DNA of 64,000 nt. Origin: Balanoglossus misakiensis (Eukaryota > Animalia > Hemichordata). The first letter of the stretch is position 1. Each line of letters opens with the position of its first letter. This document shows positions 25,801-36,828 of the stretch, in pieces. Both the position numbers and the translations under genes were made by a program. The stretch is from the NCBI GenBank assembly GCA_040954595.2, contig CM082591.2, forward strand, positions 2,083,745-2,147,744, written 5' to 3'. Under the pieces are notes generated by a model that saw nothing but the letters and a program-made list of their open reading frames with translations, was not told the origin of the DNA and made no database searches.

Positions 25801-28800
25801 AATCTGAACAAAATATAAAATGTTATATCATCTTAGAAACAATATGCGTATCAAATGGCATGTAAATTCGGATTTATATTTCTCGCGATATTGCTTCACA
25901 GAATTACTATCTTAAGCCATGTACTGAGCTAAGCCTTTTGCAATTAACTTGAAATGGATCCACCGCAGTTTAACCCATTTGGTTTGCCCTGAACGGTATG
26001 ATTGCGCGCGGCTTTGGCGAAATAAAAACGAAATTGGTGATGTCTTCGGAAACAAATCAGCGACCCCCCCCCCTCTCCCAATCGCATGCATCTCGAACAA
26101 CAAAAGCGAAAATTATGAGCACACTAATGAGATCTCGTAAATTGCCTTGGTCATCAGCATTGATCAATTTGATATATTAAAACAAATAAAGAAGTCAACA
26201 TTATTAGCTTTACATTATTAATGTACATGAACCGCGCTGTCTAAACACTATAAATTGTACTGTTCTGTTCACATGACGATAGCATTAATCAAATCCTTAC
26301 AAATGCGACTCGTACATTGTACATTCGTATGTCTGGAGGCATTTCGTACATTTTGGCTTCTTACACAAAAGTCGCTTATTCCTTATTTGGTAATTTGCTA
26401 TGATACTGCTCTGGAACGTCATTTTCAGGGATGATAAAGCCAGTGGCACTAAGCTGGCAAACAAAATGTCATTAACATAAAATTTAGGTTCCCATTAGGT
26501 TCTACATTGTATATTTACATTACTTTATTTAGACCTGTTGTTGTTGTGGGTCACATGAGACAGAATTTGTCCAGGCACTGAAAACGATTCCTGTGAAAAA
26601 AATCCCCCAACGAGTGTGAGAAATCTTATCCAGGTCCTTAGTATGAGATTCAATTTCTCGCACAACCACAATTTTCTCGAATTCGCATTAGAATCTTGAA
26701 TATTTAATTGTCGTCTGCAGCTCCACTTCGCGTTAGTTTCCGCAGTGTTTTAGTACACGTCGCGTCATTGGATAACACGTCGTGCGTGTTAAGTAAATTA
26801 CATTTATCATCCAATCAGCGCTTGTGTCATAGTGTGGGATCTATTCACCCTACACCGTCGATCCCACACGGTCAGAATTGTTAGAAATAACAGTAAGAGA
26901 CGCTGGTATTTGAAGAAACTCTTTCAGAGTTTCATGTACAACACTGTTCATGCAATTCGCGGCTTACACTCAATAACTTCACCTCACGCACGTCTTTTGT
27001 GAGTTTGGCAGATGCTATGAATTGTACAATAATTGTTCGCTGAACTGCAGAGAATCACTTTTAAAGAAACGAGGCGACTCATGTGAACACCGAAGAGAGT
27101 CATTGGGGAAATGTTGACTAGTCTATTTTTGACATCATTAGGTCCATTTATAAAATTTTGCCTATAGCACATTACTTTCTTGTCAATATATAACTCTATT
27201 TTTTATAATTCTTTAGACCTCAAAACGTGTAATACAGTTACACAGCTCTTTGACCGTACGTTCGGGACTTATGCATTATCTCTGTGCAGCTTCGTGTTTT
27301 CCACGTTCACTCTGCGCAAAATGCCTCTGCCACAGGCCTTTGACTGATAAAGTATCGACACTGAGTGGGCACGTATAGTACATGAACATTACTGACGTAT
27401 ATAATTTGTTTATACAATTCTCACTCATAATTGGATAGTTAGTGCCAGCGTGTATACTTTCTATACTTCAGGGTGTCGCTCGGTGGGATGACCTTTGAAC
27501 TCGACTCTCGTTAACGTTTAATTGCCCACCTGTTGGTAGATCGCTTGTAAAATGGAAAATAGAATGGGGTTTAAACCCAGAAGACCACGGCTGTGATATC
27601 AATCCAGTACTGTATCTACGTAAAACATATAATCACCCACTTTTGAATATCTCAGTTGATATTGACAATTGTGGTGGATTTGAAGAGCTCTAAAGCTGGA
27701 CTCGCTAACTTCTCTGCCCCAGTTCAAAAACAAGGTCAACAACAGCGTAAGCGTTGTGTAGCAAACTTGACATTGGAAGAAGTTTCTCGCGCGAAAATAA
27801 CAGAGACTCTTGCAGGTTGTCCTTTCGATGACACAGTTTACGCGTGTCAGCTTTCGATGATATTTTGTGAGGCGTATACGTGTTATGAATGGCGTATGGG
27901 GGTCATGACGCCGAAGGGAGTTTACACGTCACAGACAGACACAGGTCTACACGCCAAGCACACATTTCAGGATGAATATTGTTGATTATCGGATTACGCT
28001 TGTACCAATGAGAAATTCAGTGTTAACACTTACCTCGCGTGGCACCATACTTTCACAGCATCTCTGATGATGACGGCGTGTACAACCCACAAAAATCGCA
28101 ACACAGACCTGAAAAATGACAGCAAAGGCTTTCTCTTATCTACCACAGTATCAATGTTTATGGGTCATACAGCTGTCGTGACATCAGTGACAGGTGACTG
28201 CTAACAACATGCAAAGTATATTTTGTCACCCTAGCTTTGTGGGTTAACTTGATTTATGATAATATGACTACCTGGCCACTACTCAAATGTGCGTATCCTT
28301 GAAACGACTACTTGAAAACTGTGATAGTCTATCCCTTCGCGAGGCGGTTTGCTTGCTGAGCCGCGGCTGGCGAGGTGTTAGGAAAATTACCTCAAGATTT
28401 GGCATATAATATGCGGATTCATAAAAAGATGGCTTGTAGTTTATTGGAATTTGTCGAGGAAGACATGTTGGCCGAATGTGCGGGATCTTGACAACCGAAT
28501 TTGAGTCTGAATGTCGAATGTCAACAAAAGCATAGGAAATGCTACACGGCAATATTATAAACGATAATGCTTGAAAAAGCCGATCAGACAAACAGGAAAA
28601 ATGATGTTTGAGGGCGCACTGACAGCCTGTCAAAGTTTGATTTTTTTCTATGAACCGTTTGCCACAGACTTTAGGAAACAGCCGACAAAAATGCATTCGT
28701 TGGTTTTATTTGATATGCTTATTTTATTTGGAAGTAATTTCAATTCTCTCCCCCCCCCCTCTCTCTCTCTCTCTCTCTGCATTTCAAGGTCGTTTGAGAA

Positions 28801-29046
28801 ATTCACAGCTTCGCAGAAAAAAAAGGGGGCATGATTTATACCACAGGGGATCGGCAGTGATGAATATATCATTTTTATAATGATTACAATTTTGGTCTTT
28901 GCCATTTACAAAATTACTTCCATTCACAAGGAACTAAGCAACAGAGAGGATGATTTCATCTCCAGACTGAAAGTAAAGAAAGTTACGACTTACACGACTT
29001 ACCGGTATTCAACACCATCCTCCCCCGCTTTGTCTGTTTTCTCCAT
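10866..29046 (-). CDS. Putative spliced 89-aa upstream ORF/microprotein in the GPR19 leader (exons 29046-29003, 28108-28034, 23390-23312, 10937-10866)
   Basis: Strong-context ATG (ACGATGG); donors GTAAGT, GTAAGT, GTAAAA; acceptors TTTTTCAG, TTTTACAG, TTTTCAACAG. Phases 2/2/0 give MEKTDKAGEDGVEYRSVLRFLWVVHAVIIRDAVKVWCHASRKALKEFYDSVIFVCRLEYCQDDLLEISSVRLLQREHYEDTALSGYPLL*. No transcript evidence is available. Confidence 0.5.
16350..17187. repeat. Pair of ~170-bp direct repeats (approx. 16350-16518 and 17017-17187) around a ~500-bp spacer
   Basis: Both copies contain the near-identical block TACTAGTAGTAGAATTAC...TTTATCGAAATTACAATAAATTTGATATTTTGTTGCAAAT.GGCTAAATGAAAGATGTCTTCCATTCC.AACTGCAAA. Confidence 0.9.
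16592..16605. promoter_or_regulatory. RFX X-box motif (one of several across the GPR19 locus)
   Basis: GTTACCATAGCAAC matches the X-box consensus GTNRCC-AT-RGYAAC. Similar motifs occur at 12149, 19825, 23165 and 29098. Confidence 0.5.
22219..22425. mobile_element. Tc1/mariner-superfamily MITE, 207 bp, TA target duplication
   Basis: TA|CTGTAAAACACTTAATTTTCGCGAG ... CTCGCGAAAATAAAGTGTTTTACAG|TA: a 25-bp TIR with one mismatch, plus internal repeated TTTTCGCG motifs. Confidence 0.9.
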
Positions 29047-29641
29047 CGTCCCTGCCTTCAATTTCTGAACCTTGTATTAACCCAGTACGGCAGAGTCGTC
29101 GCCATGGTTACGGCTGGCACTTCAAAGATATTTTTAAGGATCTGTATATTTACGGCAAAGTTACTGTTGTTATCTAGGTGGGTCATTCCATTTGCCTTCC
29201 CCACCCCCCGTAAAAAATATTGAACATTCCCAAAAACAACATACAACATGTACTTCAAACCTTCGCACGCCATCCACGGCAGTCTCTTGTTTGCCATCTC
29301 GATAAAAAATTGTCGTTCAGTATTCACAAGGTTATTGGTATGCCGCCCCTCCCCCCGGGGGCGGTGACACTGGGGGGTATCCATGCGTGTTCCCAGAATC
29401 AAGGGAAGGGGTGGTTTTTATTCCCTATCACGGGTCCGTGAAATCGACAAAAGGGGGAACGCACTTTTAAAAGAACCGGCTAAAAACGGTTTGAAATATC
29501 CCGAGAAATATCAATCACACACTCAAACTTCACCCCGGACTTGAAATTTTGTGGAACGAGTCGGCATGGATGCCCAAGCTCCGTTTGAGTGTTTCCACCG
29601 GGAATGAAATCGGGCAGCTCCGTAATATTATTTCTACATAC

Positions 29642-29930
29642 CTGATCAAGACTTCTCTTTCCTCATTAGGATAGAATGCGTGGATCTCTCTCTGCGCTGC
29701 TGCTCTCTCGTGGCATTTAGACGAACAGGGTTGCTACGAGTCTGACTCCGACGGGATATGAAGACACTGTTGACGGCTGAACCGCTATATATAGCAGAAC
29801 CGAGCGGGAAAATTCCAAAAAGTAGCAATTCGACATCGAGCGAACGTAAAAGTAAATACCCATTGCTACATTTTAGCGGGAGATTTCTTTACGATTTCCG
29901 GGCAAAGGAAAAGGAAGGCGCCCGATTGGC
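29642..29930 (-). promoter_or_regulatory. Candidate TATA/E2F/CCAAT promoter and first non-coding exon on the minus strand (probable GPR19 distal promoter)
   Basis: TATATATAG at 29785-29794, E2F-like TTTTCCCGC (reverse of 29804-29812) and a second site near 29871-29882, CCAAT (reverse) at ~29925-29929, and donor CAG|GTATGT at 29642/29641. Confidence 0.5.
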
Positions 29931-32081
29931 TGCAAGGGATCTCCATCAGGATCCGCATGGCGATACAAAACTCTGTATCGTTCAAATAACATTTATTTAT
30001 TTTCCAACTCTCTCTCGAAGAACATACTTGAAATAGATAGTGCCCGGACTTCACCAAAGTTTCATTGTGCGTTGCTCCCGTTAAAAACTGGTACAAAATC
30101 CTGTTCGGGTCTCACCAACCTATATACGATTTAGAGATATTACGCACGGGAATACGGTGGTGATTTCACTTACGTGTCGATTTTTTTTTCACACCAACCT
30201 GGACGGCAACGTGAAACTCTATCACCTGCACGTAATCCTTTCGGGTAAAACTTTAAAATAGGAACAGTACTGACTGGTGACGAAGAGAAAATTTGACACG
30301 TGTGTGATTGAATTGGTGAATTCAATTGATGCTTTATTTCGAAATGTTTTGCTGACGTCTAGCGTAGCTGCGGTCCCTTCGAGGAAGCATCCCTCTTCAA
30401 AGGGCTACTATCGGTAACTCCTGGTGATTTTTTCAGTATTTTTGTTTTATGAACCAACTACATTTTCTTGTTCTCCTCACGATGGTATCCCCAGTGCCCA
30501 GTTCTCAGACAGTCAACAAGTCATGCGTATGTGTATATACCATTGTTACTGCAGACAAAATGCATTCAAGCACTGACTTGAATACAATTTTAGCAATAGT
30601 GCTTGATCACGCACACGTTGATGATGGCAAGGATGTAGAGAAGATGTGAATAACACTGTGCATAGTTTTCTTATCATTTTGTCTTGAGTTATCAGTATAT
30701 GAAGGGCGTTTTCTTTCAAAGGTATCTTTATTTCGAGCGGGGGGGGGGACTTCCTGAGAGAAAAAAATGTACCCAGAACGAGCTAGCCAAGCCGGGCCCG
30801 TGGGGATGATGTCGAAATTCCAGTGGTGAGGGCCTCGGTTAACTAACTACACACCTCAATTCGCCGGAACATGCAATGTTGGAGAATTTCATACAGCAGA
30901 CGACAAGACGCCGCCGGATACAAATTGACGCAGAAGTCCTGATTTCAGTGACAGTTCGTCCTTTTACAAGAGTTGAGAAAATTGTGTTTATCGATCAATG
31001 CCATCGGCAACGTGCAGTTTCCGAGTATTTGGTTTATGTTATTGACATAACCATCTCGTTTTCACAGTGAACACAGAGAGTGCACTGGCAGCCATTTTGA
31101 ATTTACATTTTTTCAATTTACAATTTTTCTCTCCCATTCAAAATTTTGCACCGAAAAGCCCTTTGTTTATTCTCTATATTAAGAAAGAATAATCTATAAC
31201 TGCCTCATGGGAAAATTTAGAGAAAAAAATGAGATTTTCCAGGCGCATGCTACGAATAAAGGAATTTAACGCTGCCTGCTTAGATTGGGTTCGTGCAAAT
31301 GACTACAAAATCAAGTCACGTGCTCACACGGTAGCATCAGATCAGAAGGAAATCGCCGCCTTACTCGCTAAGGATTGTGGGAATCATACAACCTGTTAAA
31401 TATCGGCGACGCGGTACTTGGCCAGGCCTTCAGACTGAAATCAAAGGCGGTGACTGATTGGTGAAATTCAAGAATCGTCACTTCACGAAGTATTTTGTTG
31501 CAATCTCCAAGAAGTCATTGCTGTCTAGTGAACCACCATCTTGGTGAGTATATGGTGAATTAATTTGCATTAGGCATGAATTTAAACCACCACCCCCACC
31601 AACCCAAAAATACCTTCGTAGCTAAGCTGCCCGTTTGGTTGCGTGATTTTGTCTTGCTAGAGTTTTATAGCTTTGACATTATATTCTGTATGCAACACAA
31701 GCCTTCACCACTACCTATTGGCAGTGCTCAATAAAGTAATGGACTGGCACAAGAAAACTGATGAAAAACGGCATACATTTCCCTAGTCTCATTTCAAGTG
31801 TTTCGTGACAATCGCTTCCCTATGTCTGATAGATTTCTACCACTTCTTCAAGGATCGACCGAGAATGAAATACATCTACTTCAGCTCATAAGCGACGAAC
31901 AGAGATGTGTCGCTAGTCTGAACATTCACATGCCTTTATGAGAAGCGCTTTTCCGTTGCCATGACGCCGCAAAAAACCTCGAATCTTGTGAAAGTTGAAA
32001 AAAAGGCAGTTCATGTCTGGCTCGTGTCTTGTAATTAACACGTGACTGTTGAAAGAAAGACACTGTTAAATCTCCCCTTGC

Positions 32082-32169
<88 letters not shown>

Positions 32170-32170
32170 G
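32082..32170. repeat. (GTT)n microsatellite, ~29 units
   Basis: Pure TTG run; it explains the poly-Leu ORF 32042-32308. Confidence 0.98.
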
Positions 32171-35100
32171 AAACAAAGTATGTTCAACAGCAATGAGTGT
32201 TTACGAATCTATGGATCAGCGTACAAGCCTCCTGATTGTGTATATATCACCGATCATTATGTACGACAACCAAGATTGATGTATTTACCAAGCATGATAT
32301 TTCAATAAACTAGTAATTTCAATTTCAGCAAACATAAATTGTTAGTTCGATTTTCGGCGCCTTTCTCTTCTGCTGTCGTGCACGTTCGTATTGAAGGATA
32401 TTGAAAGGGCGAAATCAAAAACGATATTATGTTTATCGTTGTGTTCAACTAAACAATTAATGTACACACATTCCCGCTTCTTGGGCTATCGGCGATAGCT
32501 ATAGTTATATGCTTCAAAAATTACAGTTATATGCTCAAATCGTTTATTGCGCGCACAACAAATATTACCAGATGAAGTGATTTGGTTGCCCTTCAAGGTG
32601 TCGTGATAAAAAAAGTCAGTTTCTATCGAAGAATTTGCCGTCGTATAATTAACAGGGAAAACCTACCAGGGCATATTGTTGGAAGACGCGAAAATTGAGA
32701 AACCCGTTTATGGACTTTTCGACTGCAATTATTCTACTTGAAGGTCATGATGCAGATTTTCAAAGGTCTATGCTTAACACTTCAAGGGAAAATACTACAC
32801 AATAATAAGTTGGTGTGTCTACTGCCAGAATATTTGAATAGTGTGTCTGTCGTTTCTCTCTTTCCCTTCTTTTTTGAAGACATCAGCTTCAATAGAATGT
32901 TATATTTACCACAAAAGACACTGTCGCTTAGAAATTAATGTTTGAAGCTCCGCTGAAGCAAAATCTGCCTGTGGCTTAACATACAATTTCAACCTAGAAG
33001 TTTGAAGAATATGATGTGTACAGCAACAACAACGAAACTTGGATTCGGATTTCATATGATATTCGATTCCTGCAAAGGCAACAGAATGTGTGTAGCTGAG
33101 GTGCCCGATATCACATCTGTTCAAAATAGAAATCTTTGGTCGATTCTTCCATATAAGTTAGTCAGGTAATGTTTCATTGGGAAGGGATGAATTCTATATA
33201 CTCTTTAAGCACGGTTTCTGTAATTCCACAGCGCGCAGCTATCCTTATTACGATCCTGGATACCTATTAGTCATGGTTACCATCACAGGGGGAAATTGGC
33301 CTGCGCATGAGATATCTAATATTTCAACTGAGCAAACGTGATCTTCCTCGATAAAAAAAATATATAATTTGCGGGCTTTGAGGCAGATAAAATGAGACAC
33401 GAATCATTTCACTATTCTCATGAATTCTGACGACTGAGATGACGCGAGTGTTCTTTCCGCATTCAGTTAAATAACTTATTAAACTTTGACAAACTAATCT
33501 GCAGCCTGACTGTGCCAGTTGAGTAGTACAAGTAAATGAAAATGTTGTGTTCGCTCCAAATAAAAGTCTGTAATATACAGTTTCATTTCATTTCTACGGC
33601 TTTTGCAATTATATTGCACCAAAGACTCGACAGTAACAACGGTTCTGCTCGGAAAGGTGGGATTTAACGAGTGAACAGCGCCTTTGTGAAAATATGTTAC
33701 GCCGGCGGCAGGTACGATTACCATTTTAAGCCCGTGCTCTTTTCGAAAAGTCGCCCGTTGCCAGAGTAATAGAATAATTGGAGGCTCGAGTCCCCTGATG
33801 CTTGTCGTTGTGCCCACTGCGAACCTACCAGTGAAATCTAAAATACGGGTGCTCAGTAGGTTACTGGGGGATTAGATGTTCATTCTATACATCACTTGAG
33901 CTCTTCGTGCGTGCGTTTGTGGTAGCGGGCAATGCAACAAACGTCTTATATCAGACCTTCTTTTACTCTCTCAATATGTTCGCCCTACAAACCTTTCAAG
34001 TGTGTCACTACTAGACATACGCATGAAAATATATGGAAGTTGATCAATCTCTTCTTTGTTGGGCAGCAACGTGTGGGATGCACCAGCATGGTGCAAAAGT
34101 CATCGATATAACGTCACCGATTTTGCTAGATAATAGCTATTACATGATGGTCTTGCACATATTAAATACCAAAGGCTATAGCCCTTGGGCAAGACATTTG
34201 ATGAAAAATATGGTAAGCCCACACTATCAATTCGGAAAAAGAAAGAATGATCTGCTTGACATTTCTCACAAATGTATTGCCCTACTTTGCCATGCAAGGT
34301 TGGATCTTGTCACTGATTAAAATGTTTACTTCATGTTTTGCCTCGTTCGTGTTTATAGGCCCTGTGTGGCATTATGTCCATGCTCAGTATGCCAAAAAGC
34401 ATAGGTCGACCAATTGACGAACATTATAGAGACAATATTGGAAATCAGTCAATACGTTGCTTATGTTCACGCAAGTGCAGAAGGCCCAAATAAAATTCTC
34501 CATTATTTTGGCCTCCCCCGTCCATATATGTTTTCCTGTCTGTTCTTAATAAATTCAACTCGTGAGAAGGGTCGATGAGTGTTTGTTATTCGAGTTGTTC
34601 CCTTTAATGTCACATCGCAAAATGTTCTCGCTCATCTGAGCCCCAATGGCACATAGCAACATTCATTATCTTCAAAATTTGTCAAAAGACGCGCGATATG
34701 TCATGCAGTGTCTTTGATCATTATGCCAGGGGTAAGTCATTTGTACTCCCAAATCATGCCAATTTTTTACTTGCGTATTCTACAGAAAAATACCCTACAA
34801 CTAACATTCGCCAAGGTCGTCTGCCAGAGGATCCATCTACACATTTATGGCAGTATAGAAAGGGCCAAGAACGGGCTGTCCTTCAAATGACACAGTTATC
34901 ATAAAAGTGATTATTTGACAAGTAAATTGCAGTAACATTCGAGTTTGTAGCCGTGAGTGTAATCCGGGAGTGAACTTTCAAAATTGAAAGCCCCCTTAAC
35001 AGAACACGTAGCATTCCGACACCGAGGACTTTTTTATTGGAAAGGCTTTGTTCACGAAATTCAATAGAACTTGGACATGCAATACAATTTCGTCTATCCT

Positions 35101-35736
35101 TCGCATGACGCGGTATAGTGTTACCTACTTATCATCAGACGACGTGACTAGGGACTACGCTCTAAAACTAGAGGTGTGCCAACAATTGATTAAGCGAAAG
35201 TTTGCAAACGCCTATTTTGTCATGATGGTGGTGCGGTGGTGGTGGTATTTTTGTTGTTTAATACTTTGTTATTTTGCTGTGTTAATATTCCTATAGTAGT
35301 TTTACGGAGCCTGTTCCAATTAAACACGTCAATTCCATTCCACCAACAGGTTGTGTTGTCTAAGAATATCAAAACGGCTGACAGGATAATTAATTGAAAG
35401 GTGACGCTGTTCGTGTGGTTCTGACGCAAGCAACAGCCGTCCACAACAGCAAGACGACCGAAGACTGACAACAGAAGATTTCCAGCAGTGGCTGCAATTT
35501 GATCACTTGTCAGTTGGCAGACGACACTGACTTTTTGACTTAAGGAATTAGATAATTCCTTCTTTGTGGCGATGTGATATGTACAGAGTAGCAAACTAGA
35601 TTTTAAACCAAGAAAGTCGAACTGTGAGTTGGACAAATTGGATTTTTAGATCAAACATCTGTGTTGAATTAGGGATACCGATACCTAACAAATACCTGCG
35701 GTCTCATAGAACGAATTTTGGTTTATAGGTGGAATT

Positions 35737-36828
35737 ATGGATAATCACAGTGACCTCAATGTAACGCGTTGTGCGCTAGGAGAACTGTGCGTTGCTAAAC
35801 CACCACTGAACGCACTTTTGACATTTTACCTTGTCAGTCTGATAACTATGATGATAGTGGGGAACTTTGGCAACCCCATGGTGATATGCGCGGTCATGCT
35901 GCGCAATAAGCTATTCAGCTCAGGAGATATATTTATTCTCAATCTGGCTATTGCAGATAGCCTGGTCACTCTCGTCATTGACGTCTTCAATATCATCTCC
36001 ATCGTGCACGGTCACACTTATTTCTTAAACCGCCACCCGCTCTGTGAGATCGTGGGCGCCATCTGCATGATCTCTTGCACGTGTTCGCTGTGGAGCATCA
36101 TGGGAATCAGCATCAACCGCTTCGTGTTCATCTGCCACAACGCCGCATACAAGCGCCTCTTCTCAAAGATCAACTCTTTGATCATGGTGGCGGCGCTGTG
36201 GGTAGCGTGCGCGTTGGTGGATTTGCCCAATTTCGTAGGGTGGGGCGGACACGCGTTTGACATGAAAAGCATGGTGTGCTCGTACGACCGCACTGCGAAT
36301 TATGGCTACACGCTTTTCTTCATCCTCTTAGTTGTTGGGTGTCCGGTTCTAGTGGTTGGTGCGTGTTACATTCAGGTCTTTCTGTTTGTCAGACGACAAA
36401 AGCGTCGAATTCTGAACGTATCTTCAACCACAAGTAATTTTGTCCACACGGTTAAAAAGAAAGAGATACAATTGATTAAGACACTCTTCACGATCTTCGT
36501 CGTCTTTTCACTTTGCTGGACGCCGTATTCCGTCCTTGTACTGATCGACTTCGAGGATAGATTGCCGGCGTCCATACACATCGTCACAACCATCATGGCG
36601 CACGCCAGCAGCAGCCTCAATAGCATCTTATACGGTGCCACGAACCGGCAATTCCGCGAGGCCTACGCCAAGACAATCCGCCGCATTGCTTGCTGGGGTA
36701 AAACACAAGCGTCCTCAGACGACCCGCCTGCCAGCCAGACCTTACCCACGGCCAGCGGAAGTTGCCAGCAACAGAATTCGGCGGTGACGTACTTGGGCCA
36801 GGCACAAAAGCCCTCTGAAGTTATATAA
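35737..36828 (+). CDS. Melatonin-receptor-like class A GPCR, 363 aa, intronless CDS
   Basis: 7TM protein with NLAIAD, a TM3 end of INRFVFICH (NRY-type motif of melatonin receptors instead of DRY), CSYDRT in ECL2, CWTP, and NSILYG in place of NPxxY. An acceptor lies just upstream (TTTATAG|, ~35728) and a possible 5' exon donor at 31543. Confidence 0.85.
   Translation: MDNHSDLNVTRCALGELCVAKPPLNALLTFYLVSLITMMIVGNFGNPMVICAVMLRNKLFSSGDIFILNLAIADSLVTLVIDVFNIISIVHGHTYFLNRHPLCEIVGAICMISCTCSLWSIMGISINRFVFICHNAAYKRLFSKINSLIMVAALWVACALVDLPNFVGWGGHAFDMKSMVCSYDRTANYGYTLFFILLVVGCPVLVVGACYIQVFLFVRRQKRRILNVSSTTSNFVHTVKKKEIQLIKTLFTIFVVFSLCWTPYSVLVLIDFEDRLPASIHIVTTIMAHASSSLNSILYGATNRQFREAYAKTIRRIACWGKTQASSDDPPASQTLPTASGSCQQQNSAVTYLGQAQKPSEVI

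Noticed and set aside
28967-29002. 36-nt GT-AG intron directly after the uORF first exon
   Set aside because: Too short relative to the other introns here (mostly >70 nt). The acceptor may serve a different upstream exon, but this is unsupported.
32042-32308. Poly-leucine ORF
   Set aside because: Translation of a (GTT)n microsatellite.
34033-34320. ORF with faint resemblance to a LINE ORF2 C-terminus (PHYQFGKR..HARL)
   Set aside because: Similarity too weak to call without a search.
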